Assembly: GCF_009914755.1 (NCBI RefSeq)
Contig: NC_060925.1
Reading direction: 5' to 3' (one strand)
Origin: the human T2T-CHM13v2.0 reference genome, Homo sapiens
DNA: 64,000 nt
Shown here: one piece after another, positions 16,073 through 29,469 of the stretch
Numbering within the stretch: position 1 is the stretch's first letter
Layout of the letters: each line of letters starts with the position of its first letter
Translations under genes and position numbers: made by a program
Notes under the pieces: model-generated
Databases searched by the model: none
Seen by the model: the letters and a program-made list of their open reading frames with translations, nothing else
What the model was told of the DNA's origin: nothing

Positions 16073-16249
16073 TGCGGGTCGTTAGCTGTCAGAGCCAAGC
16101 GGCGGGCTGGCGGCGGGCTCCGACGTCTGCGCCAGGACCTGGCTGGCTGAGCCCGGCGCAGCAGCAGCAGCCAGGGCAGCGCGGCCCCTACTCCCTGTCA
16201 GGTCGTAGAGGCGAGCAGGGACCAGCTGGTCGCCGGCCCCTCGGGCAAG

Positions 16250-16410
16250 ATGGGGAACCGGGAGATGGAGGAGCTGATCCCGCTGGTGAACCGTCTGCAG
16301 GACGCGTTTTCGGCGCTGGGACAGAGCTGCCTGCTGGAGCTGCCGCAGATCGCCGTGGTGGGCGGCCAGAGCGCCGGCAAGAGCTCGGTGCTCGAGAACT
16401 TCGTGGGCAG
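16250..16410 (+). CDS. DNM3: Dynamin-3 coding exon 1 (N-terminal bundle helix and GTPase G1/P-loop); phase-2 donor
   Basis: Manual translation from ATG at 16250 (context GCAAGATGG) gives [53 protein letters not shown]+AG. It contains the dynamin signature [19 protein letters not shown], and [15 protein letters not shown] match DNM3 rather than DNM1/2. The 161-nt exon ends at the canonical donor CAG|GTAAGC (16411). Confidence 0.97.
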
Positions 16411-19400
16411 GTAAGCGCGCAGGGCGCGGAGTAAGGATGCGGCAGTGGGGCGACCCCGCTGCGGGCCGTTGGAACGTGGACGGGCAGCGGGAGCCAGAGG
16501 GTGGATGGACCAGGCGCTGCGGTGGAATGGGGGGCAGAGTGGAATGGGGGGCAGAGTGGCGGTGTCCGTGGGGCGGGCGGGGTCCTCCAGCTCTGGGCAT
16601 CCTCCGTCCCCTGCCACCCCCCGCCTGGTGGCCCTCCTGCCTGCCTTTCATCGTGCGATACAAAGCCATTTCCTCCCTGTCCTCCAGTCGGGGAGTCGGG
16701 GGAGGGGTCCGCCCCGGGCTCGACCCCCACCCCCTCGGTGCGCGCCAGCCCCGGGCAGCCTCCCTGCGTAGCGCGCCGAAAGCTTCCCAGTGCCCCTCTC
16801 CTGTTTTCCCAGCTCAACACCCCCCTCCTTTTCCTGTCGCCCTCCGTGAGGCTCCCTGTGAGGCTGTGGGGCTTTATCCCCCGAGCCCCCTCCCTTAGGT
16901 GGAGATGCTTTCCTTCTCGCCAGGGTTCTCGTTCCTCTCAGCTGTCTACTGTTGCCTGCCTCTAGCTGGGGAGGCGGGGTGCGAGGAGAAAGACGTCGTT
17001 TGTTGTGGTGAAGCTTTATCCAGAGACGCTTCCCCACCATTCTCCTCCCGGAGAGTCGAAGAATAAAAGGTGGTGTGTTTGCGTGTGCACCTATTCACAG
17101 CTTCAGGCAATTGTGAGAGAGCCCGAGGCACAGACTTGGCAGGGGGTGGACGTGGACTTATGTTGTCCAGGTGCCATGTCATTCCTGCATCATCTCGGAA
17201 CTGACCAGCATCTTTCTCGCACTCTCTCTGCGCCCCCTCCCCCAGCATCATCTTCCGTTCTCTAAGCTCCTATTTGTCTTGCTAGCCTTCAAGACAACAT
17301 TCTGAATCTAAATTGTAGCTGTGGTTTTCCTCATGACTCTTAATACAGAAACAGCTAAGGAATTAATTTTCGAATTAGGAATCAGCATTTCTTCCACTGA
17401 GCAATTCATGAGGGATTAAGTTACCTTAATGGCCTTGCCTGAAGAGTGCAGACATTTGCTAAGAAAAGCCCATTTAAAAGCATTATGAAAACTGAAATCT
17501 GTTTCCTAGTAATAGAAAACCAGGTAGAAATGTACAGTATCCAAGAAAAAATGCTGGCGAGATTGTACTTTATTCTTTTTATTTGGCTCATTCGTGACTT
17601 GGGATGCAGAAGGTTCCTGTTTCTGTTCCTTTTTTCTTTTTTTGTTAGTGCTTGGTGATGTGTAGAATTTAGAGCTGAATATTCCCACATTTCCTTTGGA
17701 AATGTTAGTGTTCATAAAGTACATATTCCTTTCTCTCAAATGATATTCCATCTCTCAGATGATATTTTTTTTCCTGTATGAACTAGAAAGATAAGAAGCC
17801 TAACAAAGTAAAATTGCTGACAATTGGCTTGTATCCTTGAGTAATTCACTTAATCACTACACCTCATTTTTATATTTTTTTTGATTAATGAACAAAGTGA
17901 AGGTAAAGCATTTTGCCTACGTCATCTTAGACTTTTGGTGAAGTGATGGATTTCAAACATATAACAGTTACTTTCTTTGATTTGTTGCCAATGAAATTTA
18001 CGAGATATAAAGTGGCATCCAAAGAGTGAGTTTTGGTAACATATTTTTGGCTTTCCAAAGCCAGGGCATTTTTGTCATGACACCTTAAGAGTTATTTAAC
18101 TATTTTTGTTTTTTAAACAAATACTTAAAGATTAAAACTGTAAGTATTTCAAATGAAATTACCATATTTTTATGCATCTCCCATATATTTACTTGGATGA
18201 GCCTATATTGTATGCAAGTGCATTGTTTGTGGTCAGAGCTTTTGAACTTAATGTCAGTTGTATGCACATACCACAATTCTACATTCTAGGTTTTGAAATT
18301 CTAACATTCTTCCTAATGTTATAATAAAATTGTACACATCTCCCCACACTAGCTATGTTCTTTTGGAATAATTTGAAAAAAGAAATGTAGAAGAGTAAAA
18401 TATTTAAGTTTGAATATTTTTCAAGATGGAATAAAAAATAGGGACAAGTATAAAAATCAGAGCACGTACCAGAATGCATTAGTAATTTGTTGTACTTTAA
18501 AAAGTTTTACCACTAATTGACTGTTAGAACGCCAAATCAAAGAAAAGGATGACCATAGAGGAAAAAGGTCATTTAATTCATATGTAAAGTCTTAATTATA
18601 TGTAGAGATAACACCTGCCTAGCAGAGCTTACATATTAAGGAGAAAATTTAATTAGGAAGGTCATTTGACTTTAATAAAGATTTCGGTCATTGAATTATT
18701 GAGGAATCTAATTTCTAATTATAAACCAACCTTAGGGAAAATGGAGTTTTCTATTTTGATAAGTTATTCAGCCTAGGTGGAAAAAATTGTATCCATTTTC
18801 TACTGTAACATCTTAGCATTTTCTTGTCATTATCCAGGAATTTTGCAATAAAAACAGTTTCTTTCCTAAGGATGCAACTTTCCTCTTTTACACGAAACAG
18901 TTTTCATTTTAAGACTCGATCTAATGTGCAGTTATTGAATGCAGCCATAAAAACCAAGGGTCATCACTTGTGTAAATTCATTGTGTTTGCTCTTGACTCA
19001 AGCTTCTTCTCTACAAAATAATGATGCATTTTCTCAACAATCCTCATTTAGTGGACTAACTGTATCTTCTCTCAGTTTGTTTATATTGAGTTTTTTTGGA
19101 CACCAATGAATGAATTCGGATGTGAATATGTTTACTTCATTTAGCGGTTGCTGTAAAAGCTGATTTTTGGGTGACAGGTTTGAGATTGTTATGAATAAAA
19201 TGAGTCATGAATGAACCACTTGTTTGTGATTTTCTTGCTGAAGTGATGAACTTGCATATTAATGTGATATAGCATGAGTAACCAGATTGTTCTTTTGGTG
19301 GTGCAGGATGAGATATATGCTGGCAATGAGAGGCAGCTTAAGATCTAATGAATAGAATTTGAGACCTATAATCTGAACATAGGGGTTTACTAGCTGGCTT

Positions 19401-19489
19401 GGGTCTGCCTACTGGTCTGATTTGTATACAGAAGAATTGAATTTATTCAACTATTTTCATTATACGTATACATATATTTATAGTGCAGT

Positions 19490-19760
19490 GGTGATGATAA
19501 TAATGGTTAACATTTATAGAGTGCCTGTTATGTGTAGGTACTATTCTGGGTGCTTTTATATGAATAATCTCATTTAGTCCTCATACAACCCCAAAGAGGT
19601 AGGTACTCTTATGATTTCCATTTTACAGAAGAGGAAATCAAGATTTAGAGAGTTTGAGTAACTCACTCAAGGATAATTTAATTTAATATAAAAACAGTGG
19701 AGCTAAGATTCAACTAGAGGTGTTGATGACCATAACCCATGCTCTAGAACCTCTGTGCCA
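19490..19760 (-). mobile_element. MIR
   Basis: Core ccattttacagaagaggaaatcaagatttagagagtttgagtaact. Confidence 0.75.
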
Positions 19761-19786
19761 TATTGCATCCTCCATGTTGAGGTTTA

Positions 19787-20165
<379 letters not shown>

Positions 20166-22472
20166 GAAGCTACTATGTTAATGATTTTATTAATATTTAT
20201 TTACATATGTTTACCTTGCCTCATTTCACAGAAGATTTGAGGTGACCCCTTAGGCAGAAGCAACATTTATTAAAAGATAAGTATTTTTCTTTGCTATATT
20301 AGACATTCTTGAAGAGAGTTTTAAAATGTAATTGGATTGTTTATTTAAGTATGTTTTTAGAGTGCATATAACTCATTTATAGAGGTGTTAAGTGAAAACT
20401 GTACTAGTTGCTAATACGCAGATGTTTTAAAATGACACGCTTGTTAGAAATATTAGTTTTTCAATGCTAATTATATAGGCAGAAGAGTCCACATTATTTT
20501 ATTCTAGTCTGAGTGGTAAATAGACTCTCAATTCTGCACAAATAGAAAAAGTTTTTTGATTAATGGGGACGAAATAAAATATTTTTAAAAAGTGATTATG
20601 CTGATATTTTTCAAGAAATTGCTTCTAAGTATTATAGTTATTAGATAAATGGTGCTTACAATTAAAATGTCATAATTATTGAGAACCATACTTCATAGTT
20701 CCCAAGGTCTATAAATAAAGTGTCAAAACATGAACTTTTCTTCATGCAACAATGAATTGGTAGAACTTGAAATCACAAAAATATTTTTGCTGAATTAACA
20801 TTATATAATATACTTTTAGGTTATCACAAATTCACAGTTGGTGGTACTTAATTACTACCATCAAATGAATTCCTTTTTTATTAGTAATGTCTGAGAGCAA
20901 TATAACTAAGATAACTAGACTGGATAGGATATCTCTGTTTTGGAATTTACTTATGATTAACAGTTATCCAAAAATGCACTTGATTTAACTTCTTTAAGAA
21001 TGAAGTTGGGCAGTCACCCAGAACCTTGGAGGAATGGAAACTTAATGTTTAGCTGGATTAGAGGGTAGGCTATTGGGTTCTCTATCAATGGAGTATACAT
21101 TTAGAGTGTTAGGTATTCTTCTTAGGTAGTACCTTTTGCTATGGCTAGTAAGTTAAATTATGAAGTTTTATTTATTATTGTCATTTATTTTAGAGGGACT
21201 TCAAGTATCTAGAAAGAAATAGATTATTTTTTTCCTCTGCTACCAGAGCCAAGTCAAGAGAGTCCCAAGCTCATATGCTATATAGAATGATCCAATTTAA
21301 TTTTCTGCATGGCCAAAGTTTTGCAATTTATCCTAGTCCAAGTTTGCATTGCAGTTTCTCACACTCTCTGCATTGATTTAAAAATTCTTATGGATTATGT
21401 CATACTAAATACATTTTATAAAGTAGACGGAAAAAAGGGGCCAACATTTGCTTAGCCATTATGGGGTAGCAGACATGGATTCTGCTAGATACTTTTCATA
21501 CCTTCTATTCCTTACCTGTTTCCATATCCCCATGTCAATAGGGGAGAAAATTCAGGGTTGGAGAGACAAGTCATTCACCCAGGATCGTATAGCTAGCAAG
21601 CAGCCAAGCTGGGATTCAGTATGACTCCTCCTGGAACTCTTGAGAAATATGGACACATAAAACCAATGAACATGTATTTATTGAGTTCTAAGTTTACTGG
21701 GTAAGAATATACAAGAAAATATGAATACATAGAAGCTTATGTATGTATAAAAAGAGAACTGACAGGATAAAGTATGAGACAACTTTCAAATGCACATGTA
21801 AAATGAAGGTAGTCAGATATAATGCAAACTAATCAGGATAAAAAATTATAGTATGTCAATTTATTTTTACAAAAATCCCTGAAAAACTACAGTTCTGAAA
21901 TTGAACTGAATATAAGTGGAAAGTAGACAATATATGCATTTCCAGTGTCATCTGGCAGCCCATATCATTTTAGCTCAAGCCTGCATGTACTGAAGTATCT
22001 ATGTCAAAGCAGGAAGGTGGTGATCTGTGTCTCAGTTTCTGAGTTGACAACAAGGCATTGAATTTAGACTGTGACTTTATCACAAAGAGATACTGTATAT
22101 TGGAGAGGGCCCTAGAGAAGAGCAGCAAGGAAAAAAAAAGAGATTGGAGAGATTAAAAATATAACTGGATGCAGTGAAGGTTAATTGAGAGTGGGATGGA
22201 TCAGATCAAGTATTTTATAAGGACTTCCAAGGCACTAATACTTAAGGGAGGTGAATTCTATTTTCCTTTTAAAGAATAAGTCATTTAGTTAAAGGAGTAG
22301 AATAAGTCAAAGACACAAATGTCAGGGAAAATGTCCTAAAGGCAAACCTGAAAATGGAATGAATTGTTTAGAATGGGAGGAGGGTAAAGGAGTTGACACT
22401 AAATGATTTGCATTTCATGAATTAAAAATCATTTCCAACAAATTAGAGGGTTCATTAATACCATATTAATTA

Positions 22473-22525
<53 letters not shown>
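22473..22525. repeat. Compound (CT)n(GT)n microsatellite
   Basis: Read directly from the sequence. Confidence 0.97.
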
Positions 22526-22526
<1 letters not shown>

Positions 22527-25500
22527 TCATAGGTAGCTTAGCTTTTCTTCCTTTAATAGTAGCAAGACTGGCATTTGATGACATTATTATAAGAAGCTTT
22601 TCTCTGGCTTGATTTTCTCTAACTTCCTGGAGCACAGTAGGATACAGAGAAACCAGAGATTTGCCCAAGGTCAGAAGAAATCAGAGCTAGGTTTGGAACT
22701 TAATGTTAGGAACTGGGAGGCCTGTGCCAGTTCATCATCTTCTCTTCCTCCTGTTATTGTTTTAGAGCACCTCCCTCCAACCCTCACCCTGCCTCCTCCT
22801 TTTCCCATCCCTTTGCATTGGGCCAGCCTTTTTCTCTTCCGTGATACTCTCTTTCATTACTCTTCTTGATAGTTGACCAGCAGTGACATTGCATTTTATT
22901 ACCTTTTTTTTCCCATACAGAATAGTGGAGACAGGGAGCAGAATTTTTCTCAGACTTAGGCAAGTTAATTTGACTGAAATAGTATACTCGTGAGTAAAGC
23001 GTGACTTTTAGGGAACAGATGGGCCCAGGAAAAGACTAAATAAGATATTGGATGTTTTTACACATTATTAATATTTATCCACCAGGTGGGCATTAGCTAG
23101 AAAGATATGCCTGAGATGGTCATCAATAGGCCTTGCTTAAACCAACACGAGCTTCTGAAAAGTTGTATGTAAATAAATAATCTAAATGGAAATGTTATTA
23201 TTTAAACAAGTGGGTGAACTTTTAGGTAAAATAAAGATGTATTTGTGTAGCAAATCTGCATCCTTCAGTTTGCCTGTTTTCTATTCTTTTTGTGTGTGTG
23301 TTTGCATTCTTAGAGTGCATTGAGTGACATTGAGGTCCATTAATGTTATAGAGATTATTTTAACAATTTTTCAACAAGCATTAATATTGCATTGTCTTTA
23401 GTGTTAATTGATAACAAAAACAGAGCAGTTGTTGAGGAAAATGATGATACATTTAATTCCGGAATTATATGAATGATACAGGATTGCTTTAGATCTTGTT
23501 TTTCTCTAATATCCCTGCTGCAAGTCCTCTATTTCCAAGGGTTTAAAATGTACCTCAGTGCTTCTTTGTGACAGTGTGTCATTTTTATTTCCCACTGCTT
23601 CAAGGTCATGATATACCCATGAATAGCATATATATACATGATAGCAGTAGCTAGGTATCCTGAAGGACCTCATTGTTTATCCTTCCAGTGGCTTGGAATT
23701 GAAAGACTAATCTATTTGATAAGTAATTTGATGGGTGACTAAACTTGTTTATGGTGCTTATTTTTTTAGATTTCTCAAAAGTGAGTATTTGAAGAGGAGT
23801 CATCACAGCATGGTGATGGAGTGCAGGCTTTGCTGGCAGCTCTTGAGTCCTGCCTCTGACTCTCACTGGTAGCATGGCTCCTCATTACGGAATCTAGCCT
23901 CACTTGGCCTCAGTTCCTTCATCTGCAAAATAGGGATTGCAGACTTCACCTTTTAATCTGTGTGTGAGTTCTGAGTAAGATGGTATCAAGTGCCTGGTCC
24001 ATAGTATGCATTCAATAACTGATTGCTCTTAATTTAAATCTTTTATTTAGACTGGACATTTTTTGAGTGTTTTAAAAACAAAAGTAAGTTGAGGCAGATG
24101 GTAATGCGTATTTGCAAATTCTTTTTGTGAATGTTGGAAAATTACAGTTGCATCAAAATACTTACTTGTAGATAAGGCTAATAGAATATATTTGAGCCTT
24201 CTTTAAAGAAAGCATTGCCCACATTCGTTAAATGCATTATCACAATGTGTTCTTTTTTTTTTAAACCAATATATACAAAGTGAACCCAGTTTGTATACTC
24301 TTCCCTTCCAAGAGTTCCAAAGCAGTTTTTATCATTTCATTAATCCTTCGAATTTCTGTGAGAAGATAGCAAAAGCATGTTTTGTTTACTTTAATTTAGA
24401 AATAAAAAAGATTAAGCTGGAAAAAAGTTGGGTGACATACTGGGGTCACATGGTGAGTACTAGAAATTAATGAACAAAATAGACTTAATAACAGATAATA
24501 GAATTAAAATGAATTTTTCTGACATTATTTTTAGTTTTCTCCTAGAGAATATATTTTAAGGAAGATATTTGATGCTGTGATATAAAGTAAACCATTCTTA
24601 GCATATTCCTTTTCTTTTGGAAATGTTAGATGAAATTGCAGGCAAAGATGGTGTAGAAGGGGGAAAAACAATTGAGGAAGTCTAGTTGGCGAAGCAGGAC
24701 TACTTAGCAAGAGTATGGTCTGAGCCCAAGGAAACCATCTACAACCAAGTGTTCAGGAGGTAAGGTGTAATTAGATCTTAAAAGAAGTACCAACATTTTT
24801 GTAGTAGATGTTGAAATAATACCAAATCACTCTTTTTTCCAGTGGAAAGATTCATATTCTGATTTGATTGACATTCCCATAACTTGTTAACCATCAGTTT
24901 TAGCTCTGAGCTAGTCAGCTGGTTCTGTTTGGAATTACATTATTTTTAAGTTACTAGATATACCTCAGAAGCTTTGAAAAGAATAGCTTTGGGTTTCTTA
25001 TCTAGTGGAGGTTTAGAACCCTGTATATGTGTGTCTGTTTATGTTTTCTGGTTAATAAAACTAAGACCCATTCTCTTCATATTTTGAAAAGAGGGGCAAA
25101 GGCTTGCAATTATTTTTATAGATCCTAGCATTCATGGTTCTGAGTCCTACTACCAGGACAGCAACAATTGTGTGGTGAGATTTCTGCATTCTCATCTAAA
25201 TACCGATAGAACGACCTGCATACTGAAGTCCTTGTAAATTCAACTTAAGAAACTTTAGCCTGTTTATTTAATCCTAAAAACATATCATGTAAAATGTGTA
25301 TGTGTGGGTACTTGATTTGAATTATGTACTTTGAAAGTTACATATTCTCTTAGGGCTTTGTTTTTTTTTTTTTTTCCTCAGAGTAAGTTAAGAAGGGAAG
25401 TGGCAGAAGGATCATGAGTTCCTTGCTTGCAGAGTAAGTGGGGAGATGAGAAGGAGGAAGCAATGCTTTTGTGAGTGTCCACCAGATTGTAGGGACATAC

Positions 25501-26011
25501 GAAGAGAAAAGACTGGTAAGGTTCAACCACTGTGAGAATTAGGAGTATTTGTGAATGAGTTAGTCTGGGGTGGCTTTGGTTCTCTCCTGCTCCCTGTGGC
25601 AGGTGGTCCCTGCATATTTGTTCAAAGTGTGCCACAGGTAAGCAAGGTAGCATGCCAAGAACAGTGAGAGCTGGGTTTAGTCTGGCCTCTGCTGTCATCT
25701 GCTGGTCTTCTCAGCTCTATCTGTCTGATTTAGAGGCCCCTCCTTGGTGGCCCTTGTTAATATTTCACTGCACAGGAATCTACCGAACAGTTGGTTGCCT
25801 CCTCTGTCTGCTCAACTATTTGCAGCTTCCACGAAGCCAGGAGCTGTGTCTCCTTTATCATTTTCCGTAGTGCAGTGCCGGCATATGGCAGGAGCTAACT
25901 GAATGAATCAGCTACTTGACTCTGTACAAGCCATTTATCTAAGCTGAAACATACCTTTGTCATCAATAAATTGGTTGAGAATAGTTGAGTGGGCTTGGAT
26001 TAGAACGGTTG

Positions 26012-26307
26012 TTGTTTTTTGAGACAGAGTCTCGCTCTGTCGTCCCGGCTGAAGTGCAGTGAGTGGCATGATCTCAGCTCACTGCAACCTCTGCCTCCCA
26101 GGTGCAAGCAATTCTCATGCCTCAGCCACCTGAGTAGCTGGGACTACAGGAGTGCGCCACCACACCTGGCTAATTTTCATATTTTTAGTAGAGACGGGGT
26201 TTCGCTATGTTGGCCAGGCTGGCCTTGAACTCCTGACCTCAGGTGATTTGCCCGCCTCTGCCTCCCAAAATGCTGGGATTATAGGCGTGAGCCACTGCAC
26301 CCGACCT
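26012..26307 (-). mobile_element. AluS
   Basis: Antisense Alu dimer. Confidence 0.92.
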
Positions 26308-27762
26308 GAACAGTGCTTTTTAAACTGTAGATTGTGACCTAATAGTGGGCCATGATATCAGTTTAGTAGATGGTGTGTGACAGTGTTAAGCGAAGTATCA
26401 GACTACATCCAAGGTAGTTATAAGTACCACTTTGTGAAAGTTTTGTATTAGTTGCATATTTGTATATGCATACTAGGCTGCAATGTAAAATGTATTTCTT
26501 ACTATGGGTTATCCTCAAAATTGTTGAATGCCTCTGATCTAGATTAAATCTAATATTACTTCTAGTCATTTATTTGGTTATTTTCTATTTAAATGGCAGG
26601 ACATATCTTTTTATTAGAGAAGACACAATTCACACTATACCATTACTATTCCACTAGGATGAATTAAAATGGAAATAACTTTATTAATTTAAAAAAGCTG
26701 TCTTTTAATTGAAAAAGTGATATGTACATGTAATACAAATTCAGACATTCCAAAATACATTATATTTATACCACATAAATCCCTTTCCCCTATTGAGGTT
26801 TCTTAGTAAGATGTTTCATTTACCTGCCTATCTTCCAGATTACTTCTGAATTTATATTTTCTTTATATGAAATTTATTTGAGTTTTGAGGACAGAGAGAA
26901 TTTAATAAACTTGTTTGTAAGTAGATGATACAACCAGTTAAGAAAGGACATGTTTGAAAATTCTTTTAGCAGATGGATTTGTCCATTTACTGAGTCATTT
27001 ACAAAGAATCATATGTTGAGAGTCCACAATATGCCAGGAATTGTGTGAGGCTCTGGTATGCAACAGCTCCTTCAAAGAGCTTGGTGATCCAGTGGGTACA
27101 GGATTGCTATGCACTGCACTGTCAGGATACCCAGGCTAACAATTCTTATGAGAGCCATTTGTCAGAGAATAGTTGGTGAGTTCATGATACTGTCTCTAAA
27201 TATTTGAGGAGCTGTTACTTGGAAAAGGATTAGACTGACTCAGTTATCTCCCCAGAAGACATAATTAGAACAAATGGGTGAATGTTACAGGCAGATAGAC
27301 TTAAACTTAACGTAGAGGAGACTGTTCAATAGAACACTTTAAAAAATGGAATGGATTGCCTGTGAAACAGTAAGTATTCCATCCCCATAAGTGTAGAGAC
27401 TGGCGATTGATGACTTGCTGGCTGCTTGGCATGGTGTAGTCAGGAGAGGGGTTGAACAAAAGGACTTTGAAGGTTTTTTGTTTGTTTGTTTGTTTGTTTG
27501 TTTTAAACAGTCTACGATTTGGCTTGATGGATGTCAGAGAGAAACCTGGCTTTAAAAAAATGTGTGTTTTCTATAGGTTATCTGTAGGTAGATAAGAAAT
27601 GACAGACTTATAAAAGAGTTAAGACCTCTCTGGGTCTAGACCTTCAAAAAATCATTATGCCTGTCATTGTATGGATGTAAAGAAGCTGGACTCTCTCCTG
27701 GAATGGCTAATTCCATGAAGCAGCTGTGGTTAAGGGTGTTTTAGAGGTAAACTGTATTTATT

Positions 27763-28059
27763 CTTTTTTTTTTTGAGACAGGCTCTAGCTCTGTCACCCA
27801 GGCTGGAGGGCAATGGCATGAAAACTGCTCACTGCAGCCTTGATATCCCTGGCTGATGAGATCCTCCCACCTCAGCCTTCCGAGTAGCTGAGACCACAAG
27901 TCCGCACCACCATGCTCAGCTAATTTTTAAATTATTTTTTGTAGACACAGGGTCTCCCTATGTTGTCCAGGCTGGTCTTGAACTCCTGGGCTCAAGTATT
28001 TCTCCTGCCTTGGCCTCCCAAAGTGGTGGCATTACAGGCATGAACCACTGTGCCTGGTC
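27763..28059 (-). mobile_element. AluJ
   Basis: Antisense Alu; TSD-like tgtatttatt. Confidence 0.9.
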
Positions 28060-28754
28060 TGTATTTATTTATTTTTTAAAAAAGCTTAATTTTAAAATCT
28101 GCTTTTCTAATTGACCCAATTTCTTTCAGTGGTATACTAGTCTAGAAACTTAAAAAATAAACATAGTTTAGTTTCCTTTTTTTATTTTTAAAATCTTCCT
28201 ATATCTAACACATCTTGTAATTTCTTTATTCAAAACATCTTTTTGGTCAGCCTTTTCCTCTTTATTCTCATTCTGACCATCAGAGTCTCAGCTGTCCTCC
28301 TTTCGCATGTGGGATAACTCTGACAGCATCCTGCCCTCTCACTCTCTCCATTTCTTATTCATCTATTCCATGTAAATATTGCTGCTCTCAGGTTAATCTT
28401 CCAAAACACAAGTTTAATATCTCTGTCCTCAGTAACCTGCAGTCCCCTCCCTCCCCTTTAAAAATCTCTACTTGGTTTTCAAAACTTTCTGACCATTCAG
28501 CTTTGTTTTCCACTCCTCCCAGAGGTATTCACCTCATTTTTTTCATCTTTTCTGTGTATGCAATGGCAATTTCTGATGACTTAAGAACATGAATAGCTTG
28601 AGTAGAGCATATTTTATGACCAAAATGGGTTCAAACAATCAACCTATACTTGAGTTGCTACTTTGTGAAAGACACTGTTTTGAGATGGAAAAAAAAATAT
28701 TTGCCCTTAACAGAAACTAGTGTAGACTAGCATAGAGTGTAGTCAGAACTTACA

Positions 28755-29010
28755 GAGTGTTGAGGTAAAGAACATGTATTCTGTGGAGCCTGACTCCCTG
28801 GGTTCACATCGTAGTTCTGCCACTTAATAGTTCTGTGATCGAAGGCAATCACTTAACCTGCCTGTGCCTCAGCTTCCTCATTGGTACAATGGGACAATAG
28901 TAGTACCCTCCTCATGTGGTGGTTGTAAAAATTAAATTAATACATGTAAAACACTTAGGAGAGTGTCTGTCACATGGTAACATAGTTACCTGTTTATGAT
29001 TATTATTACT
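28755..29010 (+). mobile_element. MIR
   Basis: ctgggttcacatc...cacttaacctgcctgtgcctcagcttcctcat core. Confidence 0.8.
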
Positions 29011-29091
29011 GGGGATGGAAGTTTAGACAGAATTTGGGTGCCTTTAGAGGTGCAGTGTTCTGGATGATCAAAGGAAAAGAGCAATTTTTCC

Positions 29092-29460
29092 TTTTTTTCT
29101 GAGACAAAGTCTCGCTCTTGTCGCCCAGGCTGGAGTGCAGTGGCGGGATCTCAGCTCAATCTATCAAATTCTTACTATTTAATGCCCATTTAAAATCCTA
29201 CTGGTTTACATGAAATCTTTCTTGGACTCTCCCAAAGAAAAATTGAAAGACCTCTGCCTCCCAGATTCAAGTGATTCTCCTGCCTCAGCCTCCTGAAGAG
29301 CTGGGATTACAGGCCCCCACCAGCATGCCAGGCTAATTTTTTTTTTTTTGTGGAGACGGGGTTTCACCAGGCTGGTCTCAAACTCCTGACCTCAGGTGAT
29401 TCGCCAGCCTCCACCTCCCAAAGTGCTGGGATTACAGGTGTGAGCCACTGTGCCTGGCCC
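29092..29460 (-). mobile_element. AluS carrying a 93-bp non-Alu insert
   Basis: Alu halves 29092-29158 and 29252-29460; TSD aatttttcc at 29083-29091 and 29461-29469. Confidence 0.9.
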
Positions 29461-29469
29461 AATTTTTCC

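Larger units (their letters stand above)
15650..17110. promoter_or_regulatory. CpG island covering the DNM3 promoter, exon 1 and start of intron 1
   Basis: Abrupt GC- and CpG-rich segment in an AT-rich, CpG-depleted background; boundaries approximate. Confidence 0.92.

Noticed and set aside
16159-16170. (CAG)4 in the 5'UTR
   Set aside because: Too short to call an unstable repeat from sequence alone.
16082-17040. Many long overlapping ORFs (up to 210 aa) on both strands of the CpG island
   Set aside because: Stop-codon scarcity in GC-rich DNA and the antisense shadow of DNM3 exon 1; Pro/Gly/Arg-rich with no recognisable domain.
27562-27593. ttttctatag-gttatctgtag-gtagat, a microexon or recursive-site look-alike
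   Set aside because: Donor GTAGAT is weak and the pyrimidine tract is short.
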